The translations under genes and the position numbers were made by a program. Positions 18,319-28,221 of a stretch of 64,000 nt of DNA are shown piece after piece (position 1 is the first letter of the stretch; each line of letters starts with the position of its first letter). The notes beneath the pieces were generated by a model, which searched no databases, had not been told where the DNA came from, and saw nothing but the letters and a program-made list of their open reading frames with translations. The stretch is from Marinilabiliaceae bacterium (GTDB lineage Bacteria; Bacteroidota; Bacteroidia; Bacteroidales; VadinHA17): NCBI GenBank assembly GCA_036350795.1, contig JAZBNV010000046.1, positions 3,089 through 67,088 on the forward strand. Direction: 5' to 3'.

Positions 18319-19623
18319 ATGGAAAAAGAAGCCAACAATCAGACAAAGTGGTACGAAACCATGACAGTAAAAATGATCCTTCTGGGCATTATGGCAATAA
18401 TGTTCCTGATACCTCTCCAGCTAATAAAAATGGTAATTCTGGAGCGGGAAAGTAATTCAGAAGCTGTAAAAAATGAAATTTCTGAGAACTGGGGAAAAAA
18501 ACAAACTTTATCAGGTCCGGTTCTGAATGTCCCGGTATATCGTATTCCGGATAACAGCAAACCCGGCCCTGAACTAAACAGGAAAACCTGGCACATCCTT
18601 CCCGAAGAATTAATAATTGAAGGAAGCATTAATCCGGAAATAAGGTACAAGGGAATTTATGAAGCGGTAATCTATGAGTCTGAGCTCCTTGTAAAGGGAT
18701 ATTTTGACCTGCCTGACGAACCCGAAAACTATAAAGCCCTGTGGGATGAAGCATATATCAGTATGGGTATTTCGGATAACCGCGGACTTAAAAATTCTGT
18801 CACTCTCTCGCTCGATAATATAAACATAAGTGCAGAGCCGGGACTGCCAGAAAATGATCTTTTTAGTTCAGGAATATCCTTCCCCGTGCTACCCGGCAAA
18901 GAAAGTACTTTACTTCCGTTTGAAATTCATTTTGGGCTTAAGGGCTCTGAGGGAATGTATTTTACTCCTGTAGGTAAAAATACCTCTGTTAAAATCAGCT
19001 CAGACTGGACATCTCCTTCTTTCAGCGGTCACTTCCTGCCCGAAAAGAGGGAAATAAGCAAGGATGGTTTCAGTGCTCACTGGAATATAACTCATTTAAA
19101 CCGGAATTTCCCGCTCCAATGGCTTGGTCCGGTACATGAAATAGAATCTGAAGCCTTTGGCGTGGATATGATTCTTGAAGTTGATCATTACCAGAAATCG
19201 GAACGAAGTTCAAAATACGGCTTACTGTTTATCGCCTTTACATTTATGGTATTGATATTTATGGAACTCTCTTCAGAAAAAAGAATTCATATTTTCTCTT
19301 ATTTCCTTGTCTCTCTTGCCCTTGTACTGTTTTTCTCACTCCTTAATTCACTTAGCGAACAAATTGGTTTTAACCTGGCGTATATTCTTGCTGCACTGGC
19401 TACGGTAGCATTGATAACTGCCTTTTCGGGCTCAATAATGAAAACACGCAGGGCATATTTCGTAACCGGCGGACTACTCAGCGGCCTTTACCTGTTTTTA
19501 TACTTTCTGCTTGCCCTGAACGAATATGCTTACCTGGCAGGAAATATAGGCTTATTTATCGGGCTTGCGTCAGTTATGTGGATTACATCCAGAACTGAAA
19601 TCTTTAAGAAAAATGAATTCTAA
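18319..19623 (+). CDS. creD: Inner membrane protein CreD
   Basis: LKGSE, WTSPSFSGHFLP, YQKSERSSKYG and LNSLSEQIGF motifs; C-terminal TM bundle. Confidence 0.88.
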   Translation: MEKEANNQTKWYETMTVKMILLGIMAIMFLIPLQLIKMVILERESNSEAVKNEISENWGKKQTLSGPVLNVPVYRIPDNSKPGPELNRKTWHILPEELIIEGSINPEIRYKGIYEAVIYESELLVKGYFDLPDEPENYKALWDEAYISMGISDNRGLKNSVTLSLDNINISAEPGLPENDLFSSGISFPVLPGKESTLLPFEIHFGLKGSEGMYFTPVGKNTSVKISSDWTSPSFSGHFLPEKREISKDGFSAHWNITHLNRNFPLQWLGPVHEIESEAFGVDMILEVDHYQKSERSSKYGLLFIAFTFMVLIFMELSSEKRIHIFSYFLVSLALVLFFSLLNSLSEQIGFNLAYILAALATVALITAFSGSIMKTRRAYFVTGGLLSGLYLFLYFLLALNEYAYLAGNIGLFIGLASVMWITSRTEIFKKNEF

Positions 19624-19690
19624 CTTACATAAATCCAGGATCTTCTGCACAGGAACCAGGCACTGTATATTGAGTCGCCTGGTGTTAAAT

Positions 19691-22540
19691 TCATGGCTGT
19701 TTATCCTCCGGAAATATGGATCCCAGCTCCTGTATATCCATAAGCACCTCGGGCTTAAATAATTCTGAAGACATATAGCCTGTAAGGCTGTGCAATAATT
19801 GTACAGCCTCAGGCCTTTTTTCAGTATTATTTAATAGATCGATACCGGTAACAATAAGCCCGCCATTTAAACACCTTCCCTCAAAAACCAGTGCCAGGTC
19901 CCTGTTTTGAAACCAGTCGTCTATTATTCTTACTATTGTTTCCGGTTTTTTTCTGAATACCTCCATATTAATTGCCGACGAATTACTCATAGCATCCCAC
20001 CACTGCCAGTCCGAATGAAAGCGGGACGGAAATTCTGCCAGAGCAGGGTGCGAAGGATCACATAAAATTCCAAGTGTGTGAGGCTTTTGTCCTCTTGTCC
20101 ATGCAGTATTCCAGAAGATTGATGAAAAACCAAGCCCTATATCTGCCCCTGCCTTTTCTGATAGTGCGTTTTTACCTGTGCAGATTAAAACGTTTTCACC
20201 TCTCTGCAGCGCTTTTATTGCATCAGGGTTTAAACCATTTGTAACAAGAATATTGTTACCTGTCAGTTTATTTTTGTCGGGATATACCCATATATTCCAG
20301 CTATTGCTTCTGCCCTCAACATTCACCTGCAGGGTGTACATGGCAGGCGCTTCAAAATCATGAAGAGGAATGCTGAATACCCCCAGGTTATTCAGGCTTC
20401 CGGTTTTTAACTCAGGCGCGCTAATGTCCCTTTTAAAAATAAGCTCCTCTCCCTTTATAATTTCAATATATGCAGAAGCCTGACTGATATCATCCTTTCC
20501 AAAATATGAAGCCTGGCATTCAACATTAAGGGTGTCGCTGTTATTAAACACCATTCTATCGAGTCTTGCCAGGGGCACAAGTTCACTGCAAAATCTCCTG
20601 AACTCGTCCGGGCTTATATATCCCTTTTCTTCCCAGAAAGCGTTTAAAACGCCAACCAGGGCTGATCCCTGCCCCGGGAAATCGTGTAAATCAAGCAGCT
20701 GAAAACCGGCAAACCCGGGAGTCCGCAGGGCGGCTTCAATTTCAGCTTTATAACAAAGGGCCTGAAGCTTTCCTGAAGCACTGAGGAAAAGTTCAGAATA
20801 CTCTTCAAGTCCGTTGTTCTCAAGAGTTTCCCTGAATATCTCAAAATTCCTGGCTTTCAATACACCGGTGTATTTATTTATTTCCGAGAAATCAGGATAA
20901 ACACACCATTGCCCTATTTCATGGCTTACCACGGGTTTGTCGAAAGCCCTAATCCTGGCCGTCCAATCATAATCTGTTGATGGCCTTTCAGAATTAATTA
21001 TGCTCTTAAGTTCTTCTCCCCAGCCCTGTATTCTTGGTAGTGGAGAATTATGATAATCATTCTTGTCGATTAATGGCCAGCCTGCTCCAGATGTATAAAT
21101 CCTTCGCCTGTCGTGTTCTCTGAAATGATCAATAAACTCACCCAGGTATTCATTCTGGTTGATACCAGCCGGTTCGTTTCCGTATGCCATCATAATAAAG
21201 GATGGATGATTGCCGTAATTCCGGATAATACTTTCTCCCTCCTCAATTAACCACCTGTCAATAGCCTTACCATCGCCTATTGAGCTTCCGCTGTTAGCCC
21301 ACGAGGAACATTCCACCTGCAGGTAAATACCTGCTTTATCTGCTGCCACAAAAGCAGCCTCGGGAGGACACCAGGAATGAAATCTTATATGGTTAAGACC
21401 ATGCGTCTTAATTATTTGCATTATCCGCTTCCATGCTTCCTCATTCGCAGGAGGATAGCCAGTGAGAGGAAATACCGAGCATTCCAGTGTTCCTCTTAAG
21501 AATATTGGTCTGCCATTAATAAGAATCTGCCCGCCTGAAGTTTCTACCTTTCTGAAGCCCAGCACGGTACTATAAAAGCTTTTCCCATTTTTTGAATCAA
21601 GCGATATATCCAGATCGTAGGTGGATGCCGAAAATTCATCCCAGAGAGCAAGATCCTTACCAACCAGGAACTCAACTGAATTCCGGCTCAGGCCCGGATC
21701 GATACTTAAGTGGTATTTCTCTGTTCTGGTTCTTTTTCCCTTCTTTTCATCACTCTTATTACATAGTACTTCAAGCAGGCAGTTAACAGTCTGGTCTCCT
21801 GCATTTTTAATATTAACATCAAGCCATACCGTTCCTGTATTAATATCTGGAAAACAAGAAACATGTTCAATATATACAAGGGGTTCTGAATATATTTCCA
21901 TTTTTCCGGCAATACCATTCCAGTTTCCCTGGGTATGATCAGTTATACTGTGAGAATTAATTCCGGGGTTTATATCCTTTATCCTGTTGTCAATGCGAAT
22001 TGTGAGGCGGTGTTTCCCGGGCGTAGCAAAACCTGTAAGATCATAGCTATGTGGTGTGGCAAGAGTGTTTTGCATTCCCAGCTCAATTGAATCGATCCAG
22101 GCCCGGCTCTCCCAATGACACCTCTCAAGGCTAAGCAGTATACTTCTTTTATCCCACCCCCGCGGAATTTCAATGATTTTTGAATACCAGGCGGCGCCGG
22201 TATATTTTCTATCAGGCTGTAACCAGAAAGGGATTTTAATGTTTCCCTCTTCCCTGTATTTCTTATACTTTTCTTCCGTATACCAGCTTTTATCCACTAT
22301 CTGTCCGGTCCAGAAGGTTGACGTGTCTATCTCATCTCCAAAGCCATTTTCTGCCATTGAACCGGGGAGGTATATGTTTTCATTTAAGCTTTTCTTAAAC
22401 CATTCCTCCCCGATACCCAGGTCGTGCGGATCATCGCAGAACGACCATTCACCTGAAATATCAATATTCCCAACGCGCCTGCATGATAAGGCTGAAACAA
22501 TAATCAGCAGCGTAATAATAATTCTATAGCTTACATCCAT
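19691..22540 (-). CDS. Glycoside hydrolase family 2, lipoprotein
   Basis: Lipobox ALSC; GAAWY, LRGTLEC, NHIRFHSWCPPE, NHPSF..YGNEP, SHEIGQW. Confidence 0.82.
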   Translation of the reverse strand: MDVSYRIIITLLIIVSALSCRRVGNIDISGEWSFCDDPHDLGIGEEWFKKSLNENIYLPGSMAENGFGDEIDTSTFWTGQIVDKSWYTEEKYKKYREEGNIKIPFWLQPDRKYTGAAWYSKIIEIPRGWDKRSILLSLERCHWESRAWIDSIELGMQNTLATPHSYDLTGFATPGKHRLTIRIDNRIKDINPGINSHSITDHTQGNWNGIAGKMEIYSEPLVYIEHVSCFPDINTGTVWLDVNIKNAGDQTVNCLLEVLCNKSDEKKGKRTRTEKYHLSIDPGLSRNSVEFLVGKDLALWDEFSASTYDLDISLDSKNGKSFYSTVLGFRKVETSGGQILINGRPIFLRGTLECSVFPLTGYPPANEEAWKRIMQIIKTHGLNHIRFHSWCPPEAAFVAADKAGIYLQVECSSWANSGSSIGDGKAIDRWLIEEGESIIRNYGNHPSFIMMAYGNEPAGINQNEYLGEFIDHFREHDRRRIYTSGAGWPLIDKNDYHNSPLPRIQGWGEELKSIINSERPSTDYDWTARIRAFDKPVVSHEIGQWCVYPDFSEINKYTGVLKARNFEIFRETLENNGLEEYSELFLSASGKLQALCYKAEIEAALRTPGFAGFQLLDLHDFPGQGSALVGVLNAFWEEKGYISPDEFRRFCSELVPLARLDRMVFNNSDTLNVECQASYFGKDDISQASAYIEIIKGEELIFKRDISAPELKTGSLNNLGVFSIPLHDFEAPAMYTLQVNVEGRSNSWNIWVYPDKNKLTGNNILVTNGLNPDAIKALQRGENVLICTGKNALSEKAGADIGLGFSSIFWNTAWTRGQKPHTLGILCDPSHPALAEFPSRFHSDWQWWDAMSNSSAINMEVFRKKPETIVRIIDDWFQNRDLALVFEGRCLNGGLIVTGIDLLNNTEKRPEAVQLLHSLTGYMSSELFKPEVLMDIQELGSIFPEDKQP

Positions 22541-22704
22541 AAATCAATATTTATGTGGGTTTTGGACATATAAATATAAGCATCAAAAGCCATTAGTAAA
22601 TAGATAGTTCAGGCCAAGATCAATTATTATTATTCCTCTCTGCCCGTCAGACCATAATACCATATCATAAAATTTTACTATTTTGCGGCCTCAAAATTTA
22701 GAAT

Positions 22705-23319
22705 ATGTCACTAAGAACCAAATCTGTTCTGCTTATATTATTGATACTGTTTATCGATCAGGCCTTTAAGATCTGGATTAAAACCACAATGGTTATCGGA
22801 GAAGAAAAAAGTGTGTTCGGGAACTGGTTTGTCCTGCACTTTATTGAAAATAACGGTATGGCCTTCGGAATGGAACTTGGGGGAAAAACAGGCAAATTGT
22901 TCTTAAGTCTTTTCAGGCTTTTTGCCATAATAGGTATTGGATGGTATATTTCACACCTGATTAAACACAAGGTGCCATCCGGGCTCGTGCTTGCAATTAG
23001 TGCTATTATGGCCGGGGCGATAGGAAATCTTATTGACAGTGCTTTTTATGGAATGATATTTTCTGAAAGCTACTTCCAGCCTGCAACATTTTTACCTGAA
23101 GGAGGAGGTTATTCCTCGCTGTTTCATGGAAGGGTTGTTGATATGCTGTATTTCCCGGTGTTAAAAGGAAGCTGGCCGGAATGGTCTCCCTTTAGACCCG
23201 GACAGTCATTTATCTTTTTCCGACCTGTCTTTAATCTTGCTGACAGTGCCGTAACTGTCGGGGTGTTTATAATTATAATATTCCAGAAGAAATTTTTTGC
23301 AGATACCGGCAAAGAATAA
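22705..23319 (+). CDS. lspA: Lipoprotein signal peptidase (Bacteroidetes long form)
   Basis: DQAFKIW, ENNGMAFG, GAIGNLID, VVDML, PVFNLAD. Confidence 0.92.
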   Translation: MSLRTKSVLLILLILFIDQAFKIWIKTTMVIGEEKSVFGNWFVLHFIENNGMAFGMELGGKTGKLFLSLFRLFAIIGIGWYISHLIKHKVPSGLVLAISAIMAGAIGNLIDSAFYGMIFSESYFQPATFLPEGGGYSSLFHGRVVDMLYFPVLKGSWPEWSPFRPGQSFIFFRPVFNLADSAVTVGVFIIIIFQKKFFADTGKE

Positions 23320-23321
23320 AA

Positions 23322-23621
23322 TTAAGATTGTTTACACATACTTACGCAATTAATTATATTCTTAAGGTTTTCATGTTTTAATGAATAATATGTGTTCTTG
23401 CCTTCCCGCCTGGATATCAGAACTCCCTTGTCTTTAAGTATTCCAAGATGATGCGAGGTTGTTGACTGTTCAATACCCAGCTTTTTATGTATCTGGGTTA
23501 CAGACAATTCCTCTCCTCCCTGCAGAAAATCTATTATAGCGATTCTCATGGGATGTGCTATAGCTTTCAGCATGTTTGCCGCCGATTCAAGTTGTTGTGG
23601 ATCGAGCTTAATATTTGTCAT
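23322..23621 (-). CDS. ArsR/SmtB family transcriptional regulator
   Basis: LKAIAHPMR, LSVTQI, STTSHHLGILK, RREGK; start moved to MTNIKL at 23621. Confidence 0.85.
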   Translation of the reverse strand: MTNIKLDPQQLESAANMLKAIAHPMRIAIIDFLQGGEELSVTQIHKKLGIEQSTTSHHLGILKDKGVLISRREGKNTYYSLKHENLKNIINCVSMCKQS

Positions 23622-23737
23622 GATATGAATAATAAAATTAGTTACGGTCAGATTGATAATGCAAATATATATAAATATGTACATAATTGCTATATATCTG
23701 TTATAGGACATTAATGCTTATAGTACTTCTATTTTTA

Positions 23738-23745
23738 TATCTTTG
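23738..23745 (+). promoter_or_regulatory. -7 element TATCTTTG for ispB
   Basis: Exact TAnnTTTG match about 20 nt before the ATG. Confidence 0.55.
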
Positions 23746-23764
23746 CTTCTGATAATAAGCAAAT

Positions 23765-24739
23765 ATGTCCACCTTATCTTCAATCAGATTTCCTGTTAAA
23801 GACGAAATGAAAAGGTTTGAAGGGTATTTTAATGACACCCTTAAAACAGACATACCCCTGCTTAAAATTATTATAAATTATATCCTCAGGAGGAAGGGCA
23901 AACAGATGAGGCCCATGCTCGTGTTTTTGTCTGCAGGACTGAATGGCGGTATCAGCGAATCTACTCATATTGCTGCCACCTTTATCGAATTGCTTCACAC
24001 GGCAACCCTTGTTCATGATGATGTTGTTGACGGAGCTCGCGAAAGGCGTGGAGCATTATCAATAAATGCGCTCTGGAATTCTAAGATTGCGGTTCTCACC
24101 GGAGATTTTCTTCTCTCACAGGGCTTGCTGATAAGCGTACAGAAAAACAGGTACGATATGCTGGAAATTGTCAGCAATGCAGTAAAGGCAATGTCGGAAG
24201 GTGAGCTTCTTCAGCTCCAGAAATCAAGAAAACTCAATATAGACGAAGAGACCTACTTCCAGATTATCAAAATGAAAACCGCAGCTCTTATTGCTGCCTG
24301 TACCGAGACCGGAACAAAATCTGCCACCGATGATGCAGACAGCATTGTGAAGATGAGGGCACTTGGAGAGAATATTGGAATTGCTTTCCAGATAAGAGAC
24401 GACATTTTTGATTACCAGAATAACGGGCTTACGGGCAAACAGGCAGGTAATGATATAAGGGAAAAAAAGATAACCCTTCCCTTGATACATGCCCTGGAGA
24501 AAGTTACAGTTTCAGAAAAGAGAAGAATTCTGAATATTATAAAAGCCGACAGGAAATCAGCTGCTGATATTAAAACTGTAGTGAATTTTGTTAGCGAAAA
24601 CGGTGGTCTTGACTATGCCAGTGAAATGATGGATAAATACAGGGATATGGCCCTTGCCATACTTGACACCTACCCTGATTCAGATTACAAAAAATCATTG
24701 CTTGAGTTTATTTACTTTACAACGTCCAGACACAAATAA
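23765..24739 (+). CDS. ispB: Polyprenyl (octaprenyl-type) diphosphate synthase
   Basis: GKQMRP, HDDVVD..RRG, KTA, FQIRDD, GNDIREKKITLP. Confidence 0.85.
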   Translation: MSTLSSIRFPVKDEMKRFEGYFNDTLKTDIPLLKIIINYILRRKGKQMRPMLVFLSAGLNGGISESTHIAATFIELLHTATLVHDDVVDGARERRGALSINALWNSKIAVLTGDFLLSQGLLISVQKNRYDMLEIVSNAVKAMSEGELLQLQKSRKLNIDEETYFQIIKMKTAALIAACTETGTKSATDDADSIVKMRALGENIGIAFQIRDDIFDYQNNGLTGKQAGNDIREKKITLPLIHALEKVTVSEKRRILNIIKADRKSAADIKTVVNFVSENGGLDYASEMMDKYRDMALAILDTYPDSDYKKSLLEFIYFTTSRHK

Positions 24740-24749
24740 CCTTATTATT

Positions 24750-26141
24750 ATGAAGAAAGTATTTTATTTATTCGCGTTACTTGCGCTAATTTCATGCTCA
24801 TCAGAAGATAAACCAGTAACTTCTGTGCTTAGTGGCTCGGCCCATGGACTTGAGGCTGACTACATTTTGCTGCGGGAAGGCAGAAATACCGACACCCTTG
24901 CACTTGCCGATGATGGAACATTTTCGATATCAAAAAATCTCGAAAAACCTGGTAATTTTTACCTCTTTGCAGGCAAAAACAGGCTTGAAGTATACCTGGC
25001 TCCCGGTTATAACCTTGACCTGAATTTTAATGCTGAGAATTTTGACAGCACTCTTGTATTTGAAGGAGACCTGGCATCCGAAAACTCTTACCTGCTTAAG
25101 CTGGGCGAACTTAACAGGGAGCTTTCATCAGGTATGAGAGATCTCTATGCCGGACCGGCAGAAGAATATCGCTCGGGTGTTGAGTCAATCATGAACTCAA
25201 AAGTAGAGCTGCTTGAAAGCTACCGCAACGAAAACCCTGGCGTTTCTGAAGAATTTGTCAGAGCCCAGATGCTTAATTATGAGTTTTCATTCTATTCATC
25301 CCTAAGCCAGTACGAACCGGCACATAAGTACTATGCAAAAGTCGAAGAAGTTGAACTTCCGGAGAACTGGTATGACTTTGAAAATAAAATCAATATTAAT
25401 AATCCTGAATATATGAATGTGCCTGTGGCACTTGGGGTTATAGGGGGAATAATCAATAAGAATATTGAAAAGAGTGCAGATGTTTCTTCAGACGAAGACT
25501 GGGGTACAGCGAAATTGCTTGGAGCTCAATTCGACTACATCCTGAATAATATTGAAAACCAGGATATGAGAAACTATTTTCTGAATCAGAACATTTCGAC
25601 TGTTGTTGATTATTCAGGTACAGCCGGGATAGAAGATTATGTACAAATGTTTTATGAAAACATTACAGACCAGGAAGCGATTGATGCCCTGAAAGAAAAA
25701 GAAGAAATGTGGGCGCCACTGAAAGCGGGAGAGCCGGCTCCTTTATTTACTATCCCCGATATAGACGGGAACATGGTTTCTTTATCTGATTTTAAAGGGC
25801 AATATGTCTATATTGATTTTTGGGCAACATGGTGCGGGCCCTGTAAAATTGAAATTCCTGTACTCGAAGAAATGGCAGTAAATTATGCCGATAAGAATAT
25901 CAAAATTATTTCTATCTCGGTAGACCAGGACAAGCAGGCGTGGATTGATATGGTTACCCGTGATAAGCCTCAATGGCTGCAACTGCATGATGGGATAAAT
26001 ATGAATGATGATTATCTTGTAAGATATATTCCAACCTTTGTCCTTCTTGACCGTGATGGAAAATTTATTAACGCCAGGGCCCCACGTCCATCATCAGGAG
26101 AAAAACTAACAGAGCTGCTTAACTCTCTCGAGGGAATATAG
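24750..26141 (+). CDS. TlpA-family thiol:disulfide oxidoreductase lipoprotein
   Basis: Lipobox LISC after MKKVF; C-terminal DFWATWCGPC and IPTFVLLD; start moved from 24654. Confidence 0.85.
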   Translation: MKKVFYLFALLALISCSSEDKPVTSVLSGSAHGLEADYILLREGRNTDTLALADDGTFSISKNLEKPGNFYLFAGKNRLEVYLAPGYNLDLNFNAENFDSTLVFEGDLASENSYLLKLGELNRELSSGMRDLYAGPAEEYRSGVESIMNSKVELLESYRNENPGVSEEFVRAQMLNYEFSFYSSLSQYEPAHKYYAKVEEVELPENWYDFENKININNPEYMNVPVALGVIGGIINKNIEKSADVSSDEDWGTAKLLGAQFDYILNNIENQDMRNYFLNQNISTVVDYSGTAGIEDYVQMFYENITDQEAIDALKEKEEMWAPLKAGEPAPLFTIPDIDGNMVSLSDFKGQYVYIDFWATWCGPCKIEIPVLEEMAVNYADKNIKIISISVDQDKQAWIDMVTRDKPQWLQLHDGINMNDDYLVRYIPTFVLLDRDGKFINARAPRPSSGEKLTELLNSLEGI

Positions 26142-26157
26142 AAAACAGTTTATATAT

Positions 26158-26190
26158 AAAAAGCGTAACTTTCGGTGTTACGCTTTTTTT
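26158..26190. terminator. Bidirectional Rho-independent terminator
   Basis: AAAAAGCGTAAC-TTTCGGT-GTTACGCTTTTTTT between converging tlpA and uvrC. Confidence 0.85.
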
Positions 26191-26338
26191 CATTTTTAAG
26201 TGCTTATAGTTGCTTATTTGATGCAGAACCCTGCACGGGAGAATAAATACTAAAACCTGAGACCGTTAATCTCACGTCATGGCCGACACATATGTCTGAT
26301 ATATAAGCTGTTAGGCGACTACATCTGATGCAGGAAAA

Positions 26339-28156
26339 TTACTCAGCCTGTGGTGATTTACGGAAGAATTCCATAATTTTGATAGCTTTTGAAGCTCCTG
26401 CGAGTTTTTCAAGTGTTTCCTGGTCTGCTTCCCTGATTTCAGCAACTGAACCAAATTCCTTCAACAACACCTCCTTGGTTTTTTCTCCTATACCCTTTAT
26501 CTGATCCAGCTCTGAAATAATCATTTCCTTGCTTCTCTTTGCCCGGTGAAAATTTATACCAAAACGATGTGCTTCATTTCTCAATTGCTGAATAATTTTA
26601 AGACTGTATGAATTTTTATCAATATAAAGAGGAACTGAATCACCGGGGAAATATATTTCCTCAAGCCTCTTTGCAATACCGGCTATTGATATTTTTCCCC
26701 GCAGTCCAAGTTTCTCCAGGCTTTTTACCGCTGCGTTTAACTGCCCTTTACCTCCATCAACTATTATTAGCTGGGGTAAACTTTTTCCTTCTTCAACTAA
26801 ACGACTGTATCTCCGCAAAACCACCTCTGACATTGACGCAAAATCATCAGCCCCCTTTACGGTTTTAATATTATAATGACGGTATTCTTTCTTGCTTGGT
26901 CTGCCACCCCTGAATACAACGCACGAGGCAACTGGATTATGACCCTGAATATTTGAATTATCGAAGCATTCAATATGAACAGGCAGTTCCGGCAGCCTCA
27001 GGTCATTTTTAATCTCTTCAAGATTCCTTTTATCCCTTACTTCGTACTTCTTATCCTCTTTCTTCCTTTGTGTGCCGGCTCTGTGCAAAACTGCATTTCG
27101 CAAAGCCAGGTCAATCAACTTTAATTTATCGCCCTTTCGCGGACAGGTATATTTTACTCCCTGCTCCCTGATATCAGGCATAAAAGGTACAATAATCTCT
27201 TTCGACAAACTATTATTTCTTTGCCGTAACTCAGTAATGGCTAACGACATAAGCTCTTCCAGTGATTCATCAATACGCTTTTTTAGCTCAAGTGTCTGGG
27301 TCTGAATAACAGCTCCCTTTATTATCTTGATATAGTTGACGAATACACTGCCTCCACCCTCTACGCTGGCAAAAACATCTGCATTATTTATCCTGGGATT
27401 CACAACCGTAGACCGGCTTCTGTATTTATCCAGAACCTCCAGCTTTTCCTTTATTACCTGTGCTTCCTCAAATTTCAGCTCGGAGGAATACTGCTTCATA
27501 AGCTCCCTCAGGTAACGATTTACACTATGTATATTCCCCCCAAGTATTTCCTTTATCTGGGATATTGATTCATTGTAATCATTCTCTGTTTGCTTCCCAA
27601 CGCAGGGTGCGCTGCAGTTACCAATATGATATTCAAGACAAACCTTATACTGTGAAGATTCAATTTTCTCAGCCGAAAGATTCAAATTACAGGTCCTTAG
27701 CTTATATAACTGTCTTATAAGTCCAAGCAGGGTCTTTACCATCACTACAGAAGTATAAGGACCAAAGTAAACAGACCCGTCACGAATTACATTCCTGGTC
27801 ATATATACCCTTGGAAAAACCTCTTTCCTTACAACAATCCAGGGAAAGGTTTTATCGTCCTTCATCAACACATTGTAACGGGGCTGGTATTTCTTTATCA
27901 GGCTGTTCTCAAGCAGCAATGCTTCTGACTCATTTTCAACAACAATCTCTTTAATTGTTGCTATCTTATTACGCATTACAAGGGTTTTGCCACTGATGTT
28001 TTTCCCAAAATACGACATTACCCTCTTTTTCAGATTCTTTGCTTTACCTACATATATCAGCTTTTGCTCCTTATCAAAAAACTGGTATACGCCGGGCTCC
28101 TCAGCAAGAGAACCTGCGATTTGCTTAAGCTCCTTTATTTTGCTTTCACTTCTCAC
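26339..28156 (-). CDS. uvrC: Excinuclease ABC subunit C
   Basis: GIY-YIG-type YVGKAKNLKKR, CFDNS, DGGKGQ, RNEAHRF, HhH tail. Confidence 0.96.
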   Translation of the reverse strand: MRSESKIKELKQIAGSLAEEPGVYQFFDKEQKLIYVGKAKNLKKRVMSYFGKNISGKTLVMRNKIATIKEIVVENESEALLLENSLIKKYQPRYNVLMKDDKTFPWIVVRKEVFPRVYMTRNVIRDGSVYFGPYTSVVMVKTLLGLIRQLYKLRTCNLNLSAEKIESSQYKVCLEYHIGNCSAPCVGKQTENDYNESISQIKEILGGNIHSVNRYLRELMKQYSSELKFEEAQVIKEKLEVLDKYRSRSTVVNPRINNADVFASVEGGGSVFVNYIKIIKGAVIQTQTLELKKRIDESLEELMSLAITELRQRNNSLSKEIIVPFMPDIREQGVKYTCPRKGDKLKLIDLALRNAVLHRAGTQRKKEDKKYEVRDKRNLEEIKNDLRLPELPVHIECFDNSNIQGHNPVASCVVFRGGRPSKKEYRHYNIKTVKGADDFASMSEVVLRRYSRLVEEGKSLPQLIIVDGGKGQLNAAVKSLEKLGLRGKISIAGIAKRLEEIYFPGDSVPLYIDKNSYSLKIIQQLRNEAHRFGINFHRAKRSKEMIISELDQIKGIGEKTKEVLLKEFGSVAEIREADQETLEKLAGASKAIKIMEFFRKSPQAE

Positions 28157-28221
28157 TCTGCTAACAAAAATAATTCTTTAGCTGAAGTAAATGCCAGGCA
28201 TTGGCATGAAAGAAGATGTTT

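Noticed and set aside
26281-26320. GCCGACA...TATATAAGCTGTTAGGC, resembling an integron attC core (GTTRRRY) end
   Set aside because: Only about 40 nt, imperfect inverse core, single copy, with no integrase or cassette array.
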